64,000 nucleotides of DNA from the human T2T-CHM13v2.0 reference genome, Homo sapiens (GCF_009914755.1 NC_060946.1), one strand, 5' to 3'. Counted from the first letter of the stretch, positions 1 to 18,149 are shown. The notes: a model not told the origin generated them from the letters alone. Numbers and translations are program-made.

Positions 1-528
1 GGTTAAAAATGCAAGAAAGGAGCATAGTTAATATTTTACGTTAAAGCTAAAACTATAATTGCCTACTTAACATTTTCAGTAATTAGGTTGTCACTTTTTG
101 TTCTTAACCAAGAAATCAATTAGTTTTAGTCCATAAACAGTTAGAACTGATATACACATCCGTTTTTCCTTACTCATTTTAAACAGCTATCTGAAATAGG
201 AAGCGTAATATAATCTTTAAAGAATCTGAAAACATGACAGAAATGTTTAAACTATAAAAACATATTGTATATGTTAGCATATTGTATACATTGCATATTA
301 ACATAAGCTAGAATCATTGACATAAATTTATATAGACAAAAGGTAGAAAATATGACAATGTTCTTCTTGTTTTTTGTCTTTGCATATTTCTTTATTGGCG
401 CTTGTCAAACGTGACCCACTAACTCCTGAATGCTTTCTCTCTCCCCATGGATTCCTAAGGATGTCACCACAGTTTTGGCCAGATGTACAGGTCACAGGGG
501 ACTGAATCTCATCACCCCACAAACATAC

Positions 529-609
529 CATTCAGGTTTTGCCAAGAATGACACTGTAAATATAACAAAGCTTTCGTGCTTGTTAGTGAACACCAACTCA
601 GCTCCTCTC
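529..609 (-). ncRNA. Candidate 81-bp internal noncoding exon
   Basis: Minus strand reads pyrimidine-rich ...catcctgatttctgaatacAG|gagagg...cctgaatg|GTatgt; same strand as the candidate exons next to the CpG island. No expression data. Confidence 0.3.
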
Positions 610-648
610 CTGTATTCAGAAATCAGGATGAGATGAAAACAACGAGCA

Positions 649-955
<307 letters not shown>

Positions 956-1353
956 AACAAGGAAACAAAAGTAACAAAGCTTGACACCAGATGAGCCTGA
1001 ATCTAACCAAGAAAAGCCCAGAAGAAATCCCATTTTGGGTCACTGGCTGCATGGTAGTAATACCATATACATAAGGGAAGAGAGGAGGATGTGGCTTTCA
1101 CTTTGAAATTTTTGAGCTTAAGGTAACTTTTGTGTAGCTACAAAGAAGCATTCAACAGAGAGTTAAACTTATGATGGAAAGACTGAAGGGGTCCAAGCTG
1201 TAGAGAAACAGGACTGCAAACCACAAAGGGCTGAATCAGTCAAGGAGAACTGCAGGGCGGGATGAACAGGGACCAACGGAACATTTGGATAAGCTGTTGA
1301 GAAGAAAGGAGAATTCAGAGAAAAAGAACTGTCAGTGAGGTCATAATAGGAAC

Positions 1354-1830
1354 TGTTACAGTGAACTAAATATGGCCTGGGAAGGACTCTGTACTTCTAG
1401 ATTTGAGTCCCTGTGGACAAACTGCAACCTCACTTAATAGGTAGAAAGACTGAAAACCTAACTTAGGAGTATGCGCCTGTAACTATAGCTGAGTCCTGAC
1501 CAATCCCAACAGCCAAACTTCTGCCACTCACACACTGCTGAGTGTTCAGCTGTGTTCAAATAAGGCAAATGCTGAGCACTGTAACCAGTCCAGTTGTTTC
1601 TGGACCTCACTGCTGAGAACTGTAACAGGCTCAGGTGCTTCTGGACCTCACTCCTCACTTCAGACTTCTGTACATCACGTTCCCTTTATTGTCTATAAAT
1701 CTTCCACCATGTAGCTGTGCTGGAGTCTCACCGAATCTGCTGTGATTCTGGGGGCTGCCTGATTCGTGAATCATTCATTGCTCAATTAAGTTCCTTTAAA
1801 TTTAATTCAGCTGAAGATTTTCTTTTAATA
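1354..1830 (+). mobile_element. 5' LTR, MER57A-like
   Basis: TGTTACAGTGAACTAAATATGGCC start, ctataaat TATA-like box, attaag/attaaa polyA-like region, ends ttttaata. Confidence 0.88.
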
Positions 1831-1832
1831 GA

Positions 1833-1850
1833 TGGTATCAGAAGTGGGAT
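1833..1850 (+). other. Primer-binding site, tRNA-Leu-like
   Basis: TGGTATCAGAAGTGGGAT just 3' of the LTR, one mismatch from TGGTGTCAGAAGTGGGAT. Confidence 0.75.
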
Positions 1851-1970
1851 CTGTGGTAGCAGGACTGCTAGGGCCTCCGGAGTTATAGTGTGGTGAGCAG
1901 TGTTGCTAGGGCTTCTAATGACCCCCAGGAGTGCTGAGGTACAAGAAAGGCACCTGCAAGGACTGCTCTG

Positions 1971-3230
1971 TGATGGCAGCAGTGGCCCACGTGGAGAAGT
2001 TGCTACGGAGACACTGGCTGCTGTGGGGAGGAGTGGCTGGGGCTGTGCGCTCCTCGAAGCTGGTGGGAGCCAGGAACGGGGGGGAGCCCCACCCCTTCTA
2101 AATTGGTAGGCAGGAGCCCCGCCCTCCCAGGCACAGCTGCAGCCATCCAGCCATGACTGCAAACCCGGGCATCTTTGCACTCTCAGAGGCCCAGCAAGCC
2201 CCCCTGCCCCCGCAGGCTCAGTTGTACCTGGTCCCACCACCTGGCGTCTCCACTCCCAGAGCCCACTCCAACTTCAGATCCAAGTTGAGGCTGAACCCGG
2301 GTACAGTCGCAACCCAGCCCAGTTTGTGCAAGCTCAGGGCAGTGCTGACATGCCAGCCCCCTGCCACCTCAGCCCCCTCCAGACTTTGGGCACTGACGAG
2401 CACAGGAGGGAGGTTGAGGTGGGGCTAAGAGTGGCTCAGCACTGGCCTGAAGGCACTCCTCAGCTCGAACAGCCTGGGCATCGTGTGCACAGCTAACCAC
2501 CGTGCGTCTCTCTCAGCTGCTGAGAGCTGAACAGATGTTGGGATGACCTGCCTGCAGAAAGGAGCTACCCACTGCAGGTCTCCTCTGAGCTGTACTGTTG
2601 CTCAATAAAGCACCTCTTCACCTTGCTCACCTTCTACTTGCCCACATACCTCATTCTTCCTGGACTCAGGACAAGAACTCGGGACCTGCCAACTAGCAGG
2701 GCTGAAAGAGTTGCAACATAAACAGGGCTGAAACGCACCCCTTGCTTGCCAAATTGCAGGCAAGAAGAAGAGAAGAGAGAAGGAGAGAAGAGCTGTGGCC
2801 CTTCAGGGAGCCCAGACCTAGGAGCTCCCCAAGCCAGGGCTGTGACACCTTCTTTGGGGCTCTGCAGTTCCTACATCTCTAAGCTTCTGGGCACCACTGC
2901 ATTCCCTGATACCCACAGTGGAAGCTGTTTGCAGTCGGCCTGGTCCAGCTGCAGCCTCACAGGGAGCTGGCACCTGTGCCGGTGCCTGGAGCTGCCCACA
3001 CCACTGCAGCTGGCATGCTTGGCTGTGTGCAGTGGCCAGATCCCATGCTCGCTTGCTCACACACCCTTCACTGCTCTGTACCCAGCTCACCCTTGGCAGG
3101 TGTGGGATCCAGACCACTAGCATGAGCCGAGTGGACAGAACGAACCCAGTGGGCTCGAGCAAAACACAGGTAAATGTGCCACCAGACAGAGGTTTCAGGC
3201 AGAAAATTGATGCCTCAGGATTCTGTAACA
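1971..3230 (+). mobile_element. MER52-family solo LTR nested in the MER57 leader
   Basis: TGATGGCAGCAGTGGCCC start, GC-rich body, AATAAA at about 2604, ends ttctgtaaCA; homologous to 25264-25795. Confidence 0.8.
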
Positions 3231-4172
3231 CTTGTGCCCTTTGACCTCTCAGAGCAGCTGGGGATCGTGGTAAATTCTCTCTCGGATTTCAGAGCTCCAT
3301 GGATTTGTGTTTTGAGCTCTGAGTTTCTTTGAGCAAATTTCTGTTCCAAACTGCTATCCAGCCATGACTGGCTGGATGTTTTAGAAGTTATGACAGAAAC
3401 GGGACCGGGTCCAGGATCAGATTTGATCCAGTAGTTAACTGGCTTGAATCCAGTTCCAGTTAGAGGCCTCCTACATCTGAATGGGTCAGAAGGAAAGTGG
3501 TAGCAAATGATAACATTGGAGGGTTGTAAAATTTGGCTTTTCAAAATTCACAGGGATTTTTGTGTTCTACCCCTTTGTTTCATTTTCCTCGCATACTTAG
3601 GTAGGAAAAAAAAATCATTGGCTAAGTCAATCAAGGGAACCTGGGAGTAAAGCCAATATATTAGGTAAAAATAGGATCCTTAATTTCTGGAAAACTAAGT
3701 TCCTTCTGGCTAATTCATTAGGCCTGGGAAGCAGCAAAGTCTTACAGAAATGGCAAAATCTTACTAAAGATAACTTACAGTGGAACATTCCAAATGAATA
3801 ATGCCCTGAAGTGCATTTAAAAATGAGGGCTCCCCAATTAGTCTCACTTAGGGATGCCTATTAATATGCAGAAGCTTCTAAAAAGATTTAGAGATGGCAC
3901 GGCCTATCTGGGAGCAAGTTTGAGTCTTACCAGTTTGACACTGTGTGCTATGCAAAGTGGCTCGTGTCTATGTTTTGTCACATGTATTTTGCTCTGAGCA
4001 GAATGAAAAATATTAATTTGGTTACTCCAAGCAACCCCTTGGGCAGCATCTTGCAAAGCTGAGTGGATTCTTCCTGTGGCACCATGATTTCCATTGTGAT
4101 GCAGCTTGGCCCCCAGAGCTATAATGTGGTGAGGAGGGTGACAGAGCAAGACGCTATCTTTAAAAAAAACAT

Positions 4173-4468
4173 GGCCAGGGGCAGTGGCTCACGCCTGTAA
4201 TCCCAACACTTGGGGAGGCTGAGACAGGTGGATCACCTGAGGTCAGGAGTTCAGGGCCAGCCAGACCAACAAGGAAAAACCCTGTCTCTACTAAAAACAC
4301 AAAATTAGCTGGGCATGGTGGGGCATGCCTCTAATCCCAGCTACTCAGGAGGCTGGGGCGGGAGAATCGCTTGAACCTGGGAGGCAGCGGATTGCAGTAA
4401 ACCGAGATCGCACCATTGCACTCCAGCCTGGGCAACGAGAGGGAAAATCCATCTCAAAAAAAAAAAAG
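4173..4468 (+). mobile_element. AluS SINE
   Basis: Dimeric Alu with A-tail. Confidence 0.95.
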
Positions 4469-5603
4469 AATAATAGATTTGCCTATAAGGTTTTATGAAA
4501 AAGTGGGTGACATTTGGCTTTCTCTCTTTAAAGAAGATTTTCAGAAAATATTAAAAAATAATGGGAGGAGGAGCCAAGATGGCCGAATAGGAACAGCTCT
4601 ACTCTACAGCTCCCAGCATGAACGACGCAGAAGATGGGTGATTTCTGCATTCCAATTTGAGGTACTGGGTTCATCTCACTAGGGAGTGCCAGACAGTGGG
4701 TGCAGGACAGTGGGTGAAGTGCACTGTGCACTAGCCGAAGCAGGGCAAGGCATTGCCTCACTCGGGAAGCACAAGAGGTCAGGGAGTTAGTTCCCTTTCC
4801 TGGTCAAGGAAAGGGGTGAGAGATGGCACCTGGAAAATTGGGCCACTCCCACCCTAATACTGTGCTTTTCTGATGGGCTTAGGAAACGGCGCACCAGGAG
4901 ATTACATCCTGCACCTGGCTCGGAGGGTCCTACGCCCATGGGATCTTGCTAATTGCTAACACAGCAGTCTGAGATCAAACTGCAAGGCAGCAGCGAGGCT
5001 GGGGGAAGGGCACCGGCCATTGCCCAGGCTCTCTTAGGTAAACAAAGCAGCCAGGAAGCTCAAACTGGGTGGAGCCCACCACAGCTCAAGGAGGCCTGCC
5101 TGCCTCTGCAGGCTTCACCTCTGGGGGCAGGGCACAGACAAACAAAAAGACAGCAGTAACCTCTGCAGACTTAAATGTCCCTGTCTGACAGCTTTGAGGA
5201 GAGCAGTGGATCTCTCAGCACGCAGCTGGAGATCTGAGAATGGGCAGACTGCCTCCTCAAGTGGGTCCCAGACCCCTGACCCCTGAGCAGCCTAACTGGG
5301 AGGAACCCCCCAGTAGGGGCAGACTGACACCTCACACGACCGGGTACTCCTCTGAGACAAAACTTCCAGAGGAACGATCAGACAGCAGCATTCGCAGATC
5401 ACGAAAATCCATGGTTTTGCAGACACCACTGCTGATCCCCAGGCAAACAGAGTCTGGAATGGGTCTCTAGCAAACTCCAACAGACCTTAAGCTGAGGGTA
5501 CTGTCTGTTAGAAGGAAAACTAACAAACAGAAAGGACATCCACACCAAAAACCCATCTGTACATCACCATCATCAAAGGCCAAAAGTAGATAAAACCACA
5601 AAG

Positions 5604-6620
5604 ATGGGGCGAAAACAGAGCAGAAAAACTGGAAACTCTAAAAAGCAGAAAACCTCTCCTCCTCCAAAGGAATGCAGTTCCTCACCAGCAATGGAACAAA
5701 GCTGGACAGAGAATGACTTTAATGAGCTGAGAGAAGAAGGCTTCCGACGATCAAACTACTCCGAGCTACAGGGAAAAATTCAAACCAAAGGCAAAGAAGT
5801 TGAAAACTTTGAAAAAACTTTAGACGAATGTATAACTAGAATAACCAATATAGAGAAGTGCTTAAAGGAGCTGATGGAGCTGAAAGCCAAGGCTCGAGAA
5901 CTACATGAAGAATGCAGAAGCCTCAGGAGCTGATGCGATCAACTGGAAGAAAGGGTATCAGTGATGGAAGATGAAATGAATGAAATGAAGTGAGAAGGGA
6001 AGTTTAGAGAAAAAAGAATAAAAAGAAATGAACAAAGCCTCCAAGAAATATGTGACTATGTGAAAAGACCAAATCTATGTCACATTCATGTACCTGAAAG
6101 TGACAGGGAGAATGGAACCAAGTTGGAAAACACTCTGCAAGATATTATCCAAGAGAACTTTCCCAATCTAGCAAAGCAGGGCAACATTCAGATTCAGGAA
6201 ATACAGAGAATGCCACAAAGATACTCCTCGAGAACAGCAACTCCAAGACACATCATTGTCAGATTCACCAAAGTTGAAATGAAGGAAAAAATGTTAAGGG
6301 CAGCCAGAGAGAAAGTTCGGGTTACCCACAAAGGGAAGCCCATCAGACTAACTGCTGATCTCTCGGCAGAAACTCTACAAGCCAGAAGAGAGTGGGGGCC
6401 AATATTCAACATTTTTAAAGAAAAGAATTTTCAACCCAGAATTTCATATCCAGCCAAACTAAGCTTCATAAGTGAAGGAGAAATAAAATCCTTTACAGAC
6501 AAGCAAATGCTGAGAGATTTTGTCATCACCAGGCCTGCCCTAAAAGAGCTCCTGAAGGAAGGACTAAACATGCAAAGGCACAATCGGTACAAACCACTGC
6601 AAAAACATGACAAATTGTAA
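5604..6620 (+). pseudogene. L1 ORF1p, disrupted by in-frame stops
   Basis: MGRKQSRKTGNSK... and ...RLTADLSAETLQARREWG...; stops at about 5931 and 5991. Confidence 0.93.
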
Positions 6621-6683
6621 AGACCATCAAGACTAGGAAGAAATTGCATCAACTAACGAGCAAAATAACCAGCTAACATCATA

Positions 6684-10492
<3,809 letters not shown>

Positions 10493-10691
10493 ACAATGAG
10501 AACACATGGACACAGGAAGGGTGACATCACACTCTGGGGACTGTTGTGAGGTGGGGGAAGGGGGGAGGGATACCATTAGAAGATGTAACTAATGCTAAAT
10601 GACAAGTTAATGGGTGCAGCACACCAGACTGGCACATGTATACATATGTAACTAACCGGCACATTGTGCACATAAACCCTAAAGCTTAAAG

Positions 10692-10693
<2 letters not shown>

Positions 10694-10732
<39 letters not shown>
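10694..10732 (+). repeat. (TAA)n microsatellite, about 13 units, in the L1 tail
   Basis: Read directly after ...cttaaagta. Confidence 0.95.
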
Positions 10733-10734
<2 letters not shown>

Positions 10735-11113
10735 TAAAATAAAAAAATGAAAAATTTGTTTGCCTTGTAAATAAACTACCAAAAAAAAAAAAAAGGAAAA
10801 ACAAGAGGCAGATCGTTTGTGAAGATAAGTCTTCCCCCTATCAATGAGTAAAGATTTTTGCCCTTTAAAAATTTTTTAAGTCATGATTTTAGGTAAATGA
10901 ATGACTTATGGTGACGTGGAATTCTATTTCATAACATCAAGTGTTTAAACCTTTAATATATTTAATAGGCTTCCCAAAATCAAATTTCAACTTCAAAATT
11001 GTCTTTTCTGACCTCTAACTTTGGGACACTACAGAGGCCCCTGAAGCACCCAAAAGAGAGGTAAACAGGACTATTTAACATGTTAAGTCACATGGGTAGC
11101 ACTGTCAAAATAA

Positions 11114-11502
<389 letters not shown>

Positions 11503-11810
11503 TAATTATGGTTATTAAGTTATTGTAGACCACAAAAATAACCAAATTTCCTTGTCAATTTTCTTTAACTATAACTGTTTAAAGTCATTTCCACAGTTAA
11601 TTGCTTAATGGTGATGCAGTTTCTAAAAACTTCACAAGCATGCAAAATTCTAGAATATGGTGTCTCTTAGAAGATTCATGAAAGAATGAAAAGGACCCTA
11701 AAAAACACTTGTGAACACAGATTTCTAATAACTTTAATATCATGGGTAAAAATTCCCCATAAGTTCCAAGATACCCCAAGAATTGGACTGGTTAAGAATT
11801 CTCAAATGTT

Positions 11811-12150
<340 letters not shown>

Positions 12151-13422
12151 CTAACCCAAGTAAAACAAAAATTGTATACCAAGGAAATATTTTGCCACAT
12201 TTGCATGCTAAATCACCAATATTGAAATTGTTTAGATATATAATTTAAATAAACTCCATGGTCTAAGTCAAATTACCTATAACTACTCATCAGTTACCAG
12301 TGCCATGCACCTAATTTGGAGAAACAGCTGGTATTCAAGAGGATGTAAGTCTAATGTTAATTAAGCACAGACTTATGAAGAACCAGGATGGCCACCTTAT
12401 CCTTCTTAAGTCCTTAAAACTTTTGTTATTAAAAGTTCTGCATTCCATAACTCATCATGGAAAGAGAAAATGATCCAAATTAAATATATTGGTGTGGTGA
12501 TTTCTAAACTGCTAAAATAGTTTATAACCAATGTTTGGTTTGTCAAACCTATATTCCTAGGAAAACAATCAAAACTTCAGGTACATTTGGTTACCTGATG
12601 GGCCATTTAAACATTTTATAAAGGGATTTCATTCAGTTGTCATTTTCAGTGCATGCTTTCTGATTGTATAAAAGCTCTTCCATGCGAGAGAGTTGATGTT
12701 AAAACAGTACATTATTACCCTGAAGTGTATTTTCACCAGGTAAAGAAAGCCTTTTATGGTTCACTGGGGACAGTCAACCCCTTCACAATCTAGAATCTGA
12801 TGACTGGATCTTCTGAGAACATCAGAGAAGGACTGCCCTTGCCATCCACATGACAGCAAAACTTTAAAAACTTAAACTTTGGGTTCATAGTTTCACAACT
12901 CAGAAGGGTCCCTCCACACTTGGAACCATATACCTATTGGAACCCTTAAGGTAAAGCTAACAAGGACAGTTCCCCCCAGAAGAAGATGGCATCCTTAATG
13001 TGAACAGCTTCTCCCAAGATCACAGATCAAGACTTCTCTACTATCATGAGACTCTTATCTTAAGTATCTGTGCAGCTGCTAACACTTACAGCATGTGGAG
13101 AAAACATGGGGTATTATAAAGATTTGGTTGTAGGGAATTAACAAAAAACCCACTTAGTTAAGCAAGTAAACTCTTTATCTAATTCATTCTTTAATCTATT
13201 TTATTTTAGGTGGTTTGATTTATGGGGACCCTGAGTAAGGAGCATATACCAAATTCTTGGTATTATCCCAGTAGTCATAAGAGTCTCCCTGGTGCACTGT
13301 ACTTACTCAGATGTTTTAAGAGTTTGCATGCAGGCATCTCTAAAATGTCAAATGTTATCTCTTCAACTGGAATGACAAGAGATTTAAAAAAAATGTGCAA
13401 CCATAAGGACACTGTAACCTAT

Positions 13423-13736
13423 GAGTGACCTGCGAAACCAGAGACCCAAAACAATGGGAGTGATGTGCTTAAACTGGAACCCAAAACAATGGGAGTGACA
13501 TGCTAAACCAGAAACCCAAAACAATGAGAGTGACTCGCTAAAACTGGAACCCAAAACAATGGGAGTGACGTGCTAAACCAAAAACCCCAAACAATGGGAG
13601 TGACGTGCTAAAACCAGAACCCAAAACATGGGAGTGATGTGCTAAAACCGGAACCCAAAACAATGGGAGTGACGTGCTAAACCAGAAACACAAAACAGTG
13701 GGAATGATGTGCTAAAACCGGAACCCAAAACAATGG
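13423..13736 (+). repeat. 35-bp minisatellite, 9 copies, in the ERV 3' internal region
   Basis: Unit approximately GAGTGACGTGCTAAA(A)CCRGAA(A)CCCAAAACAATGG, counted by eye. Confidence 0.92.
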
Positions 13737-13811
13737 TAACTAAGAGTGATGCTAAGGCCCTATATTTTGGTCACACTCTCAACTAAGTGAGAACTTGACT
13801 GAAAAGGAGGA

Positions 13812-14104
<293 letters not shown>

Positions 14105-14478
14105 AAAAGGAGGAATTTTTTAAGCAAAACTATGGGAGGCCATTGTTTTGAACTAAGCTCATGCAATAGGTCCCAACAGACCAAACCAAACCAAAATGGA
14201 GTCACTCATGCTAAATGTAACATAATCAAACTAAGACTTTAAGGAAACATATAAATCCTAGAACAAACCAGGTTTTGTTTTTCTCCTATAAACAGGATGT
14301 TCCAGCATAAGAAGATACCTTCTACTCAAGTCCTTGTTCCACCTTTTCAAATCTCACTGGTCTATTTCCCAGTGGGTTTCTAAACCAAGTAAGTACATTT
14401 GCAATGGTAATAGTGACACCAGTGACTGAAGTTTTGGCCAATCTCTCAAAATTGAGAAAATAACCAAAGGGAAGGCAT

Positions 14479-14877
14479 TGTTAAAGTGAACTAAGTATGG
14501 CCTGAGAAGGACTCCATAATTCTATATATGAGTCCTTGTGGATGAACTGCAACCTACCTTAATAGGTATACAAGAATGAAAAAATAACTTGAGAGTATGC
14601 ACCTGGAACAACAGCTACATCTTGGCCAATCCCAATGGCCAAACTTCAACAACTCAGGCACTGCCAAATGTTCAAACTGTGTTCAAACAAGGCAAACGCT
14701 GAGTTGTTTCTGTACCTCACTTCCGATTTCGGTATGCCATTTCCCTTTTGTCTATAAATCTTCTTCCACCACATGACTGCGCTGGAGTCTCTGTGAATCT
14801 GCTGTGATTCTGGGGACTGTCCGATTTGTGAATCATTTATTGCTCAATTAAACTCCTTTAAAGTTTTTCTTTTAACA
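14479..14877 (+). mobile_element. 3' LTR, MER57A-like
   Basis: TGTTAAAGTGAACTAAGTATGGCC...TTTTAACA, followed by TSD GAAC. Confidence 0.88.
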
Positions 14878-14918
14878 GAACTAACACAGAAGAATTTCCA
14901 GATCATGAACAGATGTTT

Positions 14919-15521
14919 TGTAATACCCAACGTTGTATTAACATGAATAGATTGTTCCTTAGATAGCTAACCTTGTTTTTAATATGAATAGACTCTCCCT
15001 TAGCTGAGAAAACCAGACAAATTCCATTTGGCTCCTTCATTTACAAAACATCAAGGGCTTCTTACCCACCCCCTTTCCTCAAGGACTTTAACTTGTGCAA
15101 GCTGATTTTCAACATATCAAAGAGTGCAATTAACTGATAAAGTGCTGAGACAAGAGATGTCCGCAGTTCCCAGCAAATTACTCAGAGATAGTATCATAAA
15201 GCCCCCACATTTGTCCGGCAGATAATGCCCAGAGCCCCCTCACCTATCACTTTTTGGTGAATTTAAAGCCCCTGCACCTGGAACAGTTTGTTTTCCTGTA
15301 ACCATCTGTCTTTTTAACTTTTTTGTCTGTTTATTTCTTCTGTAAAGTTGCTGCAGCTAGAATCCCCCCTCCCCTCTCTAAACCAAAGTATAAAAGAAAA
15401 TCTAGTCCCTTCTTTGGGGCCGAGAGAATTTCGTGCGTTAGCCGTCTCTCAGTCACCGGCTAATAAAGGACTCCTGAATTCGTCTCAAAGTGTGGCGTTT
15501 CTCTCTCACTCAGGTACGACA
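14919..15521 (+). mobile_element. Solo ERV1 LTR, LTR6 (HERV-S71)-like
   Basis: TG...CA ends, TATAAAA at about 15390, AATAAA at about 15462, exact 4-bp TSD GTTT at 14915-14918 and 15522-15525. Confidence 0.75.
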
Positions 15522-15866
15522 GTTTCAACTATGCTAGAAGACTCGAGTAAGGCAAATACAGTCCCCCTAAATTTGACTATTATTTAGGTTAATGGTGAGT
15601 TTAGAAGAAATAAGTTAAGACTACACAGAGTGGGCTAAAGTGCAAATAAACACTGGAAATATTTCCCGGAAAATATGACTTTGAACAGGCTGCTGCACAC
15701 CCTGCATGTAGAGACAAACTAAGAAAAAGTGTGGAGAGTTATTTAAGGACCTATGGTTAACTCAGTCCTCAAGATGTTCCGGGTTTCATCCATGAATCAA
15801 GGAGGACCTCCCAAAAGCTGTTTGGGACCACACTCTTTGAGCAAGGAGCATATCTTACGATGGAAG

Positions 15867-15950
15867 CTGTGCTTTAGCGGCAGATGACCATTTCCGCTGC
15901 ACAACACACTGTGCTTTAGCGGAAGATGACCGTTTCCACTGTACAACACT
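15867..15950 (+). repeat. 42-bp tandem duplication, 2 copies
   Basis: ctgtgctttagcggcagatgaccatttccgctgcacaacaca / ctgtgctttagcggaagatgaccgtttccactgtacaacact. Confidence 0.9.
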
Positions 15951-16342
15951 ACAAGTGGTTACTGCCAGGCCGGTGTGAAATATGTTCCAGCACATAATAT
16001 ATGTCACCAATGAAGGTGGTGGTTCAGACTTGGTGCACGCAAGCTTTCCTGTCCCACAAGAACACAGCATGTTCTCTTCTCGGGTTCCACTCCAATCACG
16101 TAACAAATATGACTGCCTTTTTTGTCTCGGCATCAGAAAGATCAGAGGAAAATTTGCACCCAACTTAGACAACTCTAAGCTCTTATAACCTGCCTATATC
16201 TACAGGTCAGCTTTATCTTATTTATGTATATTTCCTTCAACCTGAGTTTTACTTATTTCTACTTTTCCTTTTTAATTCACAGACACCCAAAAACTCAGAA
16301 AATACAGTGTAAAACAAAGTGAAGAACAAATAAACAACTCAC

Positions 16343-16401
16343 CAGAGATTTATTCGTTTCCTGTTGCTCTTGGAAACACCCAGAGGACACTGGAAACATA
16401 G
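16343..16401 (-). ncRNA. Candidate exon 2 (59 bp) of a CpG-island lncRNA or pseudogene transcript
   Basis: Minus strand ttgccttctatcccAG|ctatgtttcc...aatctctg|GTGAGT; a further upstream acceptor gtttttctttttcAG ends at 16512. Confidence 0.5.
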
Positions 16402-16989
16402 CTGGGATAGAAGGCAAATGACGTGGATTAAGGAGAGAACTGGTGTGGTGTAGTCCCAGATTCTTCTGCCCAACACTCTAGACACATTACCTGGGAAAGC
16501 CCTCCTCCCTCCTGAAAAAGAAAAACTTCCCCATGGGAGAAGAGTCCTTCACGCCTCATTAGGGGCATCAAAGACTCAAGTTAAGATAAGATACATCTAC
16601 AAGTACATTAATTGGTAGACATTAGATGCACAATTTATTTTTGAATAAAAATATGTATTACCTATTAATTTAGTAACAATATGATCTAAAGATATAATCT
16701 AATAATTTAATGCAAAGAAACATTATAAGTTCACTAAAATAAATGTTATAGAAATATACTAGGCTGTATTAACTATTTTCCTATTTATATGTAGATTCCA
16801 CAAATAACTTCATATGAGTGTTCCCATGACAGTACATCTTGCTTTTCTCTACCTGAACATCATGGAAAGTGCATCTTGCAAACCAGCAATTTTGGCCTAC
16901 AATTACATTTTTTAAAATGTACATAATATGTATTTCCTACAGTACACCATTGTACTCATGTTTCCCAATAACAGCTTTCCTTCTATGCA

Positions 16990-17397
16990 AGCCCTCATAT
17001 TATGCTCTGATAATAAATTGGGCTTTTCCATCTGACTTGTCCAGTGAATGGACAATGGAAAATGTGATGCAAATATCCATTGGTTCTTGCCATTTTGGAC
17101 ACAGTCAAATTGTGAAGAGGTCTGGAGCAACCCTGTTGGAGACACAGGGCCTAGCCAAGAGTCACCACAAACCACCAGATTGTGAAGGAAACTATCTTAA
17201 ACCAACCAGGCTCAGTCAAGGCACCAGGTGACTAAGGACTTTTTGTGATCCAGGCAACACAAATATATCAACTACCCAGCTGAACCCACCACACCAAAAT
17301 GCAGATCCACAGAACTTCAAACAAATAAAATGGTGTTTGTTTTTTATAAGCCAGTAAGGTTTAATTAATTCCTTAAACAGCAAGTATTAACTGTTAC
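16990..17397 (+). mobile_element. Old MaLR LTR (MLT1-type)
   Basis: MLT1-like 3' end: aaataaaatggtgtttgtttttt-ataagccagtaaggttt...taactgttaca. Confidence 0.55.
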
Positions 17398-18149
17398 ACC
17401 TAAGTGAACAGAATTCACTTCTGTGTTTTTAACAAAATTACGTAGGGGGAGAAAATCTTAAATTACAAATCAAATACAATCAATAGAACTTCGCAATCTA
17501 ATGCTAAATTTGGGGATGGACTAGGTTTAATATATCTCAGACGCTGGGAAAAACGAGCTAAGGTTGAAGGAATGGGACTGTGTTTGGAGAGTATTTTAAT
17601 CTTCTCAAGTATGACAGGTCACTCCTGTACCCCAGACCACACTTTCAGGCCCCTTCAAATAAGGAATATTTCCTAGGTCCTTGCCTGTTCTTCTCAGCTG
17701 AATTCACCTCAACCTTCTGAAAGTTCGTCCAAACCTTCTACTATCACCTAGTCTTTGCAAATCTTGTGCATTCTAGGGAGTAGAATTAATATTTCCTGAG
17801 CGAGGAAAACTGGGATCCTCACCTGTGACCTGTTTTCCTCCTCTGAAGCACCAGTGAGAGGTTAGACCAGACAGCTGTTCTTTCAAGTGCGCTTCTTATT
17901 CATAGGGAACCCTCTCTTTCAAACTTTGTAACACACAGTTAAGACTGAAGTACCCTTAAGGCTGAAGACCATCATCCATTATGCCTTCTCCCTCGCGGAA
18001 TCAGTGAGTTCTTCCTTGGAAACTAGGTCTCGTATAAACTTCTGTAAATGCAACCCAGGAGGACTAGGCAGATCACACAGTGAAGGAGGGAACCAGAAAC
18101 TTCACTTGCTAAAGAGACACCAGGAAACCCAACTAATACAAACGCCAAG

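Noticed and set aside
1782-3244. Overlapping 90-150 aa ORFs (also 25248-25814)
   Set aside because: They lie mostly in GC-rich MER52 LTR sequence, where stop codons are scarce.
13423-13736. Possible CRISPR-like array
   Set aside because: Units are head-to-tail with no unique spacers, there are no cas genes, and the context is a primate ERV; it is a minisatellite.
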